Notes under the pieces: generated by a model | The model's database searches: none | What the model was told of the DNA's origin: nothing | What the model saw: only the letters and a program-made list of their open reading frames with translations | In this document: positions 51,351 through 64,000 of the stretch, one piece after another | Numbering within the stretch: position 1 is the stretch's first letter | Layout of the letters: each line of letters begins with the position of its first letter | From: Antedon mediterranea | Taxonomy: Eukaryota > Animalia > Echinodermata | Length of the DNA stretch: 64,000 nucleotides | Assembly (NCBI RefSeq): GCF_964355755.1 | Contig: NC_092677.1 | Location: 14,530,101 to 14,594,100 of the forward strand | Direction: 5' to 3' | Position numbers and translations under genes: made by a program

Positions 51351-52188
51351 GCAAGTCATTTCCCTTTGGCTGAATTTTAAAGCCGACCGAATGTCCAAAA
51401 TTTAGTAATGTAATTTATTCGTAGGTTATAAAGATGATGTTTCATTGCACAAGTGTGGATATATTTTCTTTGATGTCACGTTGACACGGAAAGCGCCGGA
51501 TATCATCCATTGAAATGTTACTATCTAATACGTCACAATATCAAGTGTAATGCATAAAGTACGAATACGTACACTGGATCTTTTCTAAATACACTAAATC
51601 AAACCAGTAAAGTAAGCTAATTCTAAAGCTGTTAAATATTTACATTAAGTGCTAATTTGATATATTCCTTGTTAAGTGGCCATAAAAGATTTAACCATTA
51701 CGATGTAAGAGATACCCACTACGACCATTCATGACCAGTGTTATAATTTAAAGTAAGGCGGTGTTTCAACATTAACATGCACAAATCAATGTAAAAATCA
51801 ATGTTAAAAAATCAGCTTTACTTCAATATTTTTTTGTGTAAATAATAACCATCAAATATCAGATCTTTGGAATGTTACAATCAAATGATTTAATAATTTC
51901 TCAGTTGGAAGTAATTCTGATCTCAAATCTCAAGTGTAATAAGATACAGTAATAATCATTGTTTACTCTTGTATTCATGGCAACAATGAAATATCAAATT
52001 TTTTGCCAGTCATAATTTCTGTAATATTTAATTTTTTTTTCTTAAATGAAACATTCTGTTTACATTTAGTAATGTCAATTGATGATTTCAATCAATCATT
52101 TTATTTTCTTTTACTCAAGAAGTAAATTAAATATCTACTGTATATTTCACACATCAAAATCTTTTCATAATATTATTTGCAACTCTAA

Positions 52189-52367
52189 AGCTCATGTCTA
52201 CAATATCAAATGTTATGTGACAAAAAATGGGATGTGCACATACAGTACAGGTATGGTGATGGACATATAGTATCACTACTATATTTAAGCATATCACTAC
52301 CATATTTGTATAGTCTACTGTACATAACACCTTTTTGTCATATAAAGTTTGATAGTGTAGACATAGC
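52189..52367. mobile_element. MITE family A copy
   Basis: taa|agctcatgtctacaatatcaaa...agtttgatagtgtagacatagct|tta. Confidence 0.8.
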
Positions 52368-53453
52368 TTTAGTTTAACGCTATTCTCTTGAATATTTAAA
52401 ATGGAAATTGTGCATTAGGTCTGATCAATTCATTGTTACATTTGCTTTCTGTCATTTTACAGTAGTAACTCTCGCGTTCAGTTTTAATAATACTGCAACA
52501 AGCAATACTACAGTACAATACTGTTATTATACAATTTTCTACCTCGCTACAACACAATCAATTGTTAAACGCCAATACAGTTACTAGAAAAGTACAAATG
52601 TAAAGTAAACAAACAGAAATAACAAGATGTTAAGTTGAGACATGGGTATATTTTGTCCATATGGGGTCATGTTTTTACATCATTTTACAGCTTTCCTGTC
52701 CAAAATATTGATAAAATTTTGAACTTTGGCTTGGCAAATATTACCATGTGTGGGATGTAGCAATTTCATTAACTGTTTGTGTCATTAAATAAGTCTGATA
52801 TAACCTTTCAAGTGGCCTGATAATAACACGCAAATATTCATTGAGCAGCACGAGTCAAGTTTACGCTCAATTTGACGAGGAAAACGTTGCCCGTCCGTCT
52901 CATCAGACAAGGCATGTTAACGCTCAGCTGGAGTTGATCTTGCACTCATCGTCACACTTGATTGCATTCGATAAACGAGAGGTGGGAGAATTTCAAGCCT
53001 GGGAAATTGATAATTGTTGAATGGTGAATTGTTCAATTTATTTCATGGATCTGGAATAGTTGTAACTTCCTCTAAACTTAACTGATCTCACATAAAAGAC
53101 AATACAGTGAGGCCAATGTGGTATTAACCCCTTTAAAACAACCTTCAAAACATGGATTTGTTGGTCCCTATAGAAGGTTATTTATAGGCTAAAATGCTTA
53201 ATAAAATTGATAAAACATGATGTTGTAATCCACTGTATAAAAAGGAAGTCTTGTATTATGTTTTACGACACTATAAACATGTTCTGATTAATTTGATTTT
53301 TCTACACACCAGATCAATTTAACAAAGTTTCAAGATAGAAAGATGAATTTTTAAATACTGTGTAACACTAACAGATTACGGTAACTAAACTTGATTAACT
53401 ACAATCTAATTATAGATTTGATCATGTACTGTAACAACTTGAACAGTGCTTCA

Positions 53454-53641
53454 CTGGGTTAGCCATCCCCTTTGGTTTTTAAAGCATTCCTTGTTGTATT
53501 AACCAATCCTCTCTGAGTTTAACCATTGCCCATTGCATTAAGTGTTCCCCATTGGGTAAAACCATTTCCCTTTGGGTTAAACCATTCCCCTTTGGGATAA
53601 ACCATCCCATATGGTTTAATAACTGTTTCCCCTTGTTTAAC
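53454..53641. repeat. Diverged ~19-20-bp minisatellite (TGGGTTAACCATTCCCCTT)
   Basis: About 9 degenerate units. Confidence 0.7.
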
Positions 53642-53767
53642 AGTTGAGCATTTTGTTATTATGGTAAAGACCACATAGTTGGGCTACAGTAGATTATAAT
53701 TATGGTACCCTCTAAAAATTACCTCATTAGGATACTGTCAGAACTGACCCGCTTAAATATTGTTTAA

Positions 53768-54393
53768 AGACCCCTTCCCTGCAATTTTGGACGTTTTTTC
53801 GAAAATAATACATATATATCACTTTAAAAACATTAAACCATGTCATTCCTTGTCTTAAATGTACGTTTTATGGTAAATTATGATAAAAAGTGAGAAACAA
53901 TGCACTACCTAAGTAGCTCGCGGCGATCGACCTCTCGTGGACGGTCTTAGGCCTAGCCTGGCTAGGCTTAGTTTTGTAGGCCTAGCTGGTAAACATCGGT
54001 AACGTGCGAACATCGTACGCTAGCTATATACCTAGCCTGACGTTGTATAGTTGCTGCATTAATTGTCTTTCTATTTTTGCCAGACTCCGTTGATACAAAT
54101 TGGGGAAAACCCGGTATTTTCGCTGAAAAGTTAGGAGTCTTCCATTTGTTTTGGCCTCACGATCGATCGAAAAGTGGGCGAATTACAGGTGAAAAACAAA
54201 AATATCAATCCGCGCGCAATGCATTTTGGGATTTATAGCGGGCCGCTATAATTATTAAAATCGACTTATTTTTCACATTTTTAACCGTTTAAAGACGAAA
54301 AAAGTTATCGGAATAGGACCATATAGTATTATTTTTACATTAAATATAGTTTGTGATCTTAAATTAGATCTAAAAAACGTAGGGAATGGGGCT
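53768..54393. mobile_element. Kolobok-like non-autonomous element
   Basis: TTAA|AGACCCCTTCCCT...AGGGAATGGGGCT|TTAA; second copy at 5994-6459. Confidence 0.82.
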
Positions 54394-55656
54394 TTAAAAA
54401 GTCATCATAGAAACAGGTGTAGGTCTACTATGAATACAAGTCAATTTGTTCAATAAAGATACCATAGTACTATACAGTACTTTGTTTGTAATCTGATTTT
54501 TAATAATTGTACTATTTGGTTGTTCTCACATAAAAGTTGGCCTAAAGATACAGTTGTTACACTGCTGTCACACGCTAGCAATGACAAATATGTCCACCAA
54601 TCCTGAATATATATTGTTTCGAGATAGTCATCAGCGTAACACAATACGAGTATACAAATATTTCTGACTAGTAATATAATATTATGTTTGTTCATTTTAC
54701 TGCGTTATTTTCCCACTGGTGCCAGTACTGTCTCCTTCCCAACAGATAACAACATATTGTAATGTAACTTTCTATTTTGGATACAATATAATCTTATGGT
54801 TTCTTGTACGGAATTAATTACAGCGATTGCGTTTTTAAGGAATGGTTGAATGATTACCTAGTCAAGGTCGACAAGACTATTATTGATAAGGATCAAATAC
54901 ACTGCCTATTCCATGCAACAACACGCATAATATGCATTTTACCAGCACAGAGTGAGATTAGTTTTACGTATAGCTACTATTGTGTCAAGTTTAATTTTAT
55001 GCTGTGAAATTACTGCTTGCATAAAGCTAGTATAGAGAAGAAAGCACATTAAAAAAAAATAATTAATCAAAAATCTGCTTGTGGATATTATTTGAACTTA
55101 GCAATTAGTAGTGTGTACTTATATAAATCCCATTACAAAGGGTAATTGTATATATTTGCATATTTTTTATGAATTTATATTCATAAGCAAAAGGCCAGTG
55201 TGTTAATTAGTTTTACTTTTTATTAATAAATTCATAATGATAATAAACAAAGACATAACTTGGAATATTTTTTTTAATATTTATCTTGATTCCGATTTAT
55301 TAATATTTAAGTAATCTCATAATGAAGTAGTTTTTTGATAGTAGTAAAAGAAGGGAGGGGGTACACTGTATATTTAATAGTTTATTATAATATTAATCAA
55401 ACTATGACATAAATGAAGGCATATAACACATAACTAAATAGATTTTTGTCATTTGATTGGACGATTGTGGGTGATGATAACACATGGTAATAAATAAGCG
55501 GCCTATTTTTACGCTCACATAGGGCGGTGTATTCCTATTGTTGTCAGATCGGACAGCGCAACCTCGTAACGACAATACTTTGCATCATTGCATTCCGTTA
55601 TTCAGCTGAATATGTATGTTCATCGCAAAAATCTTAAATTCTTTATGTACAGTATA

Positions 55657-55914
55657 TTTTTTTATTTATTTATTTTTTTTACCATATTTAATGAGGGTGA
55701 TCCATCCAGCTAATGCTGATCATTAGGGACCCTCAGAGGTTCACAAAACAAACATATACACAAGATGCTCTACATAAACAAAGTCTTCTTACAAGTCTTT
55801 GGGAGTGGAATTGTAATTTGGTCCTTAGAAAAAATCCTGACATGTGACGGGACTTGAACCCAGGACCCTTGGAGTGGTAGCCAAGCATCATAACCACCAA
55901 GCCACAACTCCACT
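55657..55914 (-). mobile_element. tRNA-derived SINE family B, copy 2
   Basis: Same A/B boxes and tail as 25218-25471. Confidence 0.85.
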
Positions 55915-58354
55915 CCAGTAGTGGAGTAGTAGTATTGCGGTTTTCTACCTTGTATTTTATTTATGGAATTAGTAAATTACTGTACTAATGCATATTAAAC
56001 ATAAAGATAGCTTAGCCTTTTCTCAAGTCATTAGTTTAAGCCTTATTACTCATTGCTAAATCAATTTCCATGAATAAATTACATCATGTTTTTTAAAGGG
56101 TAGATTAAATATTAATTCTGTCATTCAAAGTTGGATACAAATGTTGATGATGTTCATTTGTCTGCCTGTGGTCCATTTCATTTAACAGTAAAACACATTT
56201 CCAACTGAGTTGTAATTCATTCAAAGGCCTTTTATAGTACCTAGCTACTGTAGTTAATACCCATAAATGGTTTTAGGCTTGCAAGGGCCTTGAAGATAGT
56301 GTTTAGGGTATTGGTTTTAGCTTTTGTAAGATTTGAGGCCTAGCAGGTACAAATGACATTTGGATTATTGAACCTTTATCATCAGTTTGTGATTACAATG
56401 CACTGTGGTTGAACCTTAATCCTGTAATATAGAATATTACTAAACTTTAATGGTCTTCCTAAGAGTTCATCTCCTTTATAAGTTTCTAGGGTAATGTAAT
56501 CTCTAGTAAATTATATAACGGTTGTGCATGAAAGGTATGATGTAATAGTAATCAATGGTTTGAAGATTATGCAATAATTCCGGTCTATCTTTCAATCATT
56601 GTACATACCAAATGATGTTTTTACCTGTTTATGAATTGTTTGATTGTTTGTGTTTTGTTTCTCTGCATACACACACATAACATTGACATTAAAAAACAAA
56701 GTTAAAGTAGTTTATAAAAAAAAGTGTGCAAAAGGAGGCCAAAATAAGTTTGGAAACAATTAAATTAATTCATAAATAAAATATTGAAGGTATAGTAGAC
56801 CAGTTTGCTACTGCTACGAATACAATTCGTTTCTTCAACTTATTGATGCTAAATATCCAAATTACTTTGCTCAGTATAGGTACTGTACTTACTATAAGTG
56901 ATTTGAATACCATCAAATAGGTCAAATGTATAGTTGGGTTCCAGTGTACCTCCATAAATGTGCACTTTTTAACTAGAGAATAGCAAAATAACTCCAAAGA
57001 AAACAAATATCTATTTTTAATTGTACAAAATGTAAGAACTTCAAGATTGCTTTAAATCAAGATCCTGGCAATGATTTAAAATAGAACAGACTAGAGCATT
57101 TATAATTCTATTCTTAGATCCACCACCAGCATAATGCATTATACAGTATAGGCTTATAGATTATTATTTTTAAATCAAGTTTCGCTTAAACATTTTTCTA
57201 CCAAGCCATAACTTTTGACACACATCATATTACTTTTTATAGCTAATACTATTAAAAAGAAACAATTAAAAATACTTTATGCATTGTTTCCAAGTATGAT
57301 ATATCTGTAGGCCTAAAGGATATCAAAGAATATGTTGGTATTTGTAAACCTGAAATTCAGTTAAAATAAAGTTTAAAAAAATATAATTATTAGATTCAGA
57401 CATTTTCCCCTAGTTGTATTTTAATTTTTAAAAGGAATACTATTTTGATACTGTACAGTTTTATTCATCATCTGACAATTTCAATTATATATGTTCATAC
57501 TAATTGGAAAATTATTCAATCCCTCATCATACATCCTTCCACTTAGTAATAATAATCTATAATCATCATATTTTTAATGATAATGTATGTAAAGGTGAAG
57601 GAGTAACCTTGACATAGACCTATAGGGGAAAACACACACTGACAAAGAAACATGTAATCTGTCTTGCTTTTTACTGACTCAGCTGTAGTATTTTAAAATT
57701 TTTTTTTTCTAGCCTAGTTTAGTAAATCTGCTAAGTTATGGCTTTTGTGCAATTTGCCACCTCTAAGTGCTAATTTTGTCTTGATTTGTAAAATATTATG
57801 CATACAAAGGTTACACAAAGAAACACCAGCAGCATAGCTAGAAGGTATAATAACTAACAAAAGCGCAACACATATCATGTGGTACTTTTTTTTTTGGTAA
57901 TAAACAATCATAATATCATACTACAAGGCACTGTGTATGATATATTTTGAGATTAAATTTGAACTGGAATACAATTAATTATATACCTTCCCAAATGACG
58001 TACGATAACCATCATACATAATGCATTTTTGTAAGTGCATGCATAAATTATTATTCATCTGTTCCTTAATTAAATTGGGTAAACAAGTACGTGATTGGCA
58101 TTATACAGTTACTATAATTTACTGTTAGTCATTTAAATGGGAATATACGATTTTTACTACTGTAGTACAGCAATGCGTAATTTGTACCTTAAAATCCTAT
58201 ACAGTAAATTAGATAGAATATTGCAATGATATGACATTCCCATGTACAATTCTCCTAAGTTCAATTCAATTAAATATTTATTTCATCAAATGTCATACAA
58301 ATAATACAGAGCATAAAATGAGGACCAATTTACAGTACACCTTCTCCTATCTAA

Positions 58355-58490
58355 TGCTCTGTCTACACTATCAAATTAGTTTGACATAGAAAGTGCACGA
58401 TGTTCCCAAATATGGTAGTGATATGCCCAAATATGGTGATAATGACATTATCATGTCCATACAGTATATGGATATATATCAAATTTTTTT
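58355..58490. mobile_element. MITE family A copy, right TIR lost
   Basis: gctctgtctacactatcaaattagtttgac plus internal ccaaatatggtagtgat repeats. Confidence 0.7.
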
Positions 58491-61400
58491 AAAAACAAGC
58501 AACAAGCTACATTCACACACAAGATGGTGCCATATTGTTAAATAACACACATCAAGAATTGAATAGCATTGTCTTATGTTCCATGAAACAGTACAAGTGT
58601 AAATGTAGCTATACTCAATCTTTCAAAATGTGGATCAACAAACAAAGTCTACAGTATTGTTTTTTTTAAATAAAAAAAATAGGTGTTTTAGTGACCTTTT
58701 AAATCGAAAACCATCTGCTAATTGTCTAATATTTTTTCTGGTTAGCATAGATGTCTAACTACCTGTGTTACAGTGCTGATTTCATCTGCTTTTTAATGGT
58801 GTACTAATATTATCTTGAATGCATATTATATCAAGTTTATTGAAATGTTGTCAGTCATGTGGCGAGCAGGTGCAATTAGCAGTGTTCTTTGCTTTGATGG
58901 AGCATTGTGCTGCATCCACTCCGCATCAGCTTGTCGCCATTCCTCTATTTCTCTTTTATCTGGAAAACCCATCAGATTAGTAATACTGTAAGTACTGAGG
59001 CTAAATATACCATTGGACTACAACTGTAATTTTTGTGGTCATTCATTAAATAGGAATAGAAAACAAATGCACATATACCCGGGCCATTTTATGTTTTTGA
59101 GCTCTGAGGCTACTGTACTGTACAGTAGGTTGTTTTGAGTGTACATACAGTAATCAGGGAAGAGTGACACACTTCCCTGATATAATGTTCTACTTAATTC
59201 TCTAATCGTGAATGTTTTGTTGTTTTACTATTTCTGTGGAGGAAAACAATTTTTTCTATGTACACCTTTTTATATATGGAAAAACTAAAGATTTGATTTT
59301 TATTTGAATAACCTGTGTCAAATTCAACATTTTATATTACTTTTATAATTGTACTTCCTACCTGTTTTTTATTTTCAAACCGAATCAAGAACCAAACGGA
59401 GAAAAGATTTATTAATTATTTACCTCTTTTAAATCATATGTGAAACTTATTGATCTAAACAAATGTTGTAATTATTATTACTATAAAATATGTTTAACTT
59501 TAACTTCAGTTTCCATTGCTTTTGTATGCAAGTAATTTATGTTTCTCAACTAAAGCAAATGGTAAAATAATGAAATGATTTATTACTTTTAATTGGTTAA
59601 TAATAGTGGGCAGTTTCACTTCTGTTTGTAAGCTGAGAATAAAGGGTGATTATTCGCCCTTCATGTAAAACTGTAAGTAATACCACAGTTCTGTAAATCC
59701 TCTATATGTACGTACGTGCTGTGATAATGTTTAAATGCTAATGTGTATGATTGCTACAGAACATTATGGAATACTCCCCTAAGGAGTTGAGACTTTGCTC
59801 CCATTTGCTATAAATGACTGGGGTTTATAGTAATGTGATGTTGTACGCATACTGAACAAGCCTTCATTGATGAATTATGCTCTTTGACTGACATAATTAG
59901 TATTACAGCTTTTAACCAATCAACGATCCGCATCGCGTTGTATTTGTAGCTTGCGTCAAAATAGATTTTATCGAATCATACATTGGAAACAAGTTTAAAT
60001 AAACATTAATTTTTAACGTTCAATTTTAATGAAGAAAATAATATGATAAAAAAATTATACAGGCAAAATAATAATTTTAACAAAACAAAATGAAACCCTG
60101 GTAAATCACCTGAAGGGACACCCCTATTCAAGGGACAATCTTACTACTTTACAAAGGATGTGGAATAAACAAGTGGAAATATATTCACTAAACAAAACCC
60201 TATTAAGGGGACATTTTTTCAGACATGTTTACTCTTTCATGTCTCGAAAAGAAATGATGATGGTGAATTGTGGACTGTACCATTTAGAGAGAGGGGTGTT
60301 TAATGAATTTTCTACTTTTCGAGTATATCTTGCTCTTCGAGGAGAAATATGGCATTTATCGGTTTATCCAGGTAAGCTAGCACTTATAGACTACCAACAC
60401 CATTTCTGGTTTGTGTATTTGTTGGGTCTTGAAAGGGTTTATCTTGTATTAGTGTAATAAAATAAAAATCCCTATTTTCCCATGAAACAAATGATCATGG
60501 ACATTATGTACATTACACAGTCATTCCCTATTCAGGGCACACCTCTATTAAGGGACACTTTGTTAGGTCTCGAAGGCTTCTCCTTAATGGGAGTTTAAAT
60601 TTTGTAAAATAGGATACACCTTTAGTAGTCTCCAAGACAGGATCCATAACCAGGATGTGATACCAATTTTAAAATTAATTTTACTTGGCTTGTATTGTAA
60701 CGTGGACGACATTGTAGACACATGGCATTGTCGCTATAACATGGCTAGTATAGGATATTACATTTTATCTTTATTTGCCACCTGTTGTGATATTAGCTAT
60801 TATACTCTACTTTGTTAGCTTCCTATCTTTTGTAATTGAGCAAGTCCTTAGTTTTTAATCACTCTTCTTTAACTGTATCTTGCTGTTGAGATAAGGAATT
60901 AAAGTGAGTCTCAGCAATATTTTGATACATTTTAATGTACAGTATAAGTGTCTGATAGGACTTTAAAGAAACTAATGTACATAAGTGGATACCTGGGACT
61001 GGTGGTGGGGGGATGGGGAGATGTGGAGGCTTGTTATTATATTTTCTACAAAAGAAGAACAAATTGAGATAGGCTTGTTTATAGTTTAATTATCTTATTA
61101 ATAAATATACTATAAATCACTGCTGGTCTTTAGTTTGAAAAGGGCACTTTAGGAAAAAGTGAGGGTGAAGTGAACATTACATAAAAATGAGTATAATATC
61201 GATAACCATTAATAAAGAGAAAAAAAGAAACAAAAAACGAAAGGAACATTACAATCGGGAATTTGTTTGATTTTAGCCTGTCTTCTTATAAAAAGTGTTA
61301 ATAATACTGTATAAAAAAACAAGTGTACAGTATATTATATATTCTGCGTACATCAACAATTTTACTAATGTTTAGAGTAGTAGGCATTACTGATAATACT

Positions 61401-64000
61401 ACATGTACCTGTAAAATATTATTTTTAGTAATACAGAAGCTATGATTATTTGGTGTATATTCCATATTAAGATATTTGGTTACTTCTGAGCGTGCTTATT
61501 TGAAGGTTGTCTGCCATGACACGCTGATGTCCTCCAGCATACAGCCTTCCCATTTAAATCCTTTTTAAATCTAAACATGTTTGTTTAATCTGTATGAGTG
61601 CAACCACATCTCTAGTTTGTGGCTACAGATAATTATTACTCCACCAATATGTCCTTAATGTGAACAATATAGAAAGTGGCATGATAACCACAATTACCAA
61701 CAACCTGCTGGATCTGTTGCCTGCCTTCTGTTTAGATGGTTGAAAAGAGGCTTGCCTTCATACCCCATAGCCTTAGGTTGAAATATAAACTCATATGCCA
61801 GACATTTTTCATATGAATTCAAAGTAAAAATTACTAATTATTACAGATTCTGATTGTGGTTTAAATTCAGTATACTAGATTTTTATTGTCTATACATACC
61901 GGTATTCCATTTTGTGAATGATTTTGAAACTTTTATTACATTTACACTATTGTTTTTTTTCTAATTGTAAGCGAGTACAAAATTATAATTTTGAATAAGC
62001 AATGGGCTAAATTCTAATACATTGTCCTTTGACATAAAATATTCAGATGCAGATCACCTAGTACAGTACAGAAATTTGGGGATTGATTGTAGGTACCTTC
62101 ACCAGTGTGCTCTAGGAGAACATTCTCCCATAAAAACAATGTTCTTAATATTTCTCTGGTCTGATAGGCTTATTACCAAGTACCATAACAACATGTTTCT
62201 GTAATCCGGTATATATTTGCCGTAATCCGTTAATCGCTGGAACATGTTGAATAACGAACATATTGAATACAATACAAATTGTTTTTGAACGATTATATCT
62301 GTGATTATTTTTCCTAACCAAAGTACTTTGATCGGACACATTTGAAAAGTGCATTACTTCAAAGTTACTTTTAAATACAGTTGTGTTTTTGTAATCACTT
62401 TTATGTATCACTTTTTGTAGCTAGAGTGTTCCTCCTCCATTTTCAAATTTCATACCCAGACCTGATATTGTAATACTGTATAGATTTTGTTTGACATACA
62501 GTATAAGCTTGTTATATTATAGGGCCTGTACTGTACAATACATATTGCCTGTGTATATTGTACATCTGCCTCTTCTTATTATATAGGATAAAACCGCCTT
62601 TTCTTCTTTATTCTTTTACTGTATCATGATTTTATTACGTAGATTTCTAAAAAGACAAGTTTTCCAATTTCCTACCATCTTTGTGTTTCTAACTTTTATC
62701 GTCAAGCATCATTTACTAATAATTGATCTTTCAAAAGGACATCCTAAACGAGGATTATTATCAAAGAGTTCATCAGTTGCTTTGTTCCCAATAACACCCA
62801 TTGTAGCCCTAGTCCATGTACCTAATCTTCCTTTAAAAGGTCACTCTTTACAATCAAACCCATTCCATTGTTAAAGGTAAGGCTTGAGTACTCTCAATTA
62901 TGCCTAAGCTTAACTTGTAAAAGTTCCACATTGCTGGATTCTTACGTCCTATTATCAAGGTATTATGATGATAATACACTTGTAAACATGGGTTTATTCT
63001 ATCCGATTCACAGAGTTACACAACAATTAAAAACAGCACTTTTATTGACCTAACTTATGGAAGGAAGGTTGAGAAATTTGTTAAAATGTTGATGATGGCT
63101 TGCTTTATACCCGGATAAACTAGTTTTCCCTTTTTCTGTCATGAAACACCCCTATTAAAACAGTGAACTGATCCCCACTATATAATTAATCTAGAAACTG
63201 CTCTCTTTCAAAAAAAATGTGCCAAAAACTTTGTTTCTTATGTTTAGCATCTTTAGCATTTCAAATGTTTTGTTAGCTTCCATTCTTTTACTACGAGAAC
63301 TTGTTAGTCAGAATCAAGAAATGTTCATTTTTTGCTGTTCTAGTTCTATAATTACCCTACTGTATGTCCAAATAGAGTAGTGTCTTATTAATAGCTACAT
63401 ATCTGACTAGATTTGAAAGGCCAGACAAACAAATCATGTGTAAACTACTGTAGTACTACTATTTTTGGAAAACTGTTTTGTACAAATTTATGTTGTAATA
63501 TCTTATGCAATTTGTTTGTTTGAAGGCTCTACAAAATGTAATAATGTTTCAGTTATGATATTTCTTGAAACAAACTAATAGAAAATTCAACTACAGTAAA
63601 CTATACTTATTATAATTCAGTTTGTGATATATATCCGTTGCTGTAGGCCTACAAAATTTATGACGTGTTGCTCTATAAACGTGGAAGAATTGCGTACAAT
63701 ATCATGCATTATAAACATGTGTATTAGATAATTAAATTTTCATATGAATAACGGGCGTGTCATGCTTATTGAATAGATACAACCATTTTTACTGTGCACA
63801 ATAGCTGATTAATTAAGCACAGTTCACAGTATAATAACAATGTTCTCAATGCCTTATAAGTTATATGGGCTGATATAATTTATTATTTGTTTTTGTAAAG
63901 CGCATTGAGAGCCTACTTAATATGCACTATTTAAAAATTAAATTATTTTTCATGTGATGTTTTGTATTATCTCAATATTGAGATATTTTTATTTTTCTTA

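Noticed and set aside
44000-64000. Many 60-99 aa ORFs
   Set aside because: They have AT-rich random composition, no recognisable domains and no consistent splice chain.

Overview
AT-rich eukaryotic genomic DNA from a metazoan, probably a marine invertebrate (inferred from spliceosomal introns and from L2, Nin-SINE, Kolobok and Helentron repeats). Bases 185-36416 (+) hold 44 GT-AG coding exons of POLE, the catalytic subunit of DNA polymerase epsilon. I assembled them by hand: all intron phases are consistent, the total is 6663 nt (2220 aa plus stop), and only the N-terminal ~68 aa lie upstream of the window. The introns carry many nested non-autonomous transposons, one decayed L2 LINE, tRNA-derived SINEs and a Penelope-type minimal hammerhead ribozyme. 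Downstream are a ~2.6 kb 23-bp satellite (38.1-40.7 kb) and a probable signal-peptide first exon (43723-43795) of a second gene, followed by ~20 kb of mostly intronic sequence. The most notable oddities are: a tandemly duplicated, stop-containing copy of the penultimate (CysB) POLE exon with an intact acceptor; a 3' UTR array built from the POLE C-terminal codons and stop; and a triple substitution in the conserved WxWRGE motif next to the Fe-S cysteines. No prokaryotic system or CRISPR array is present.
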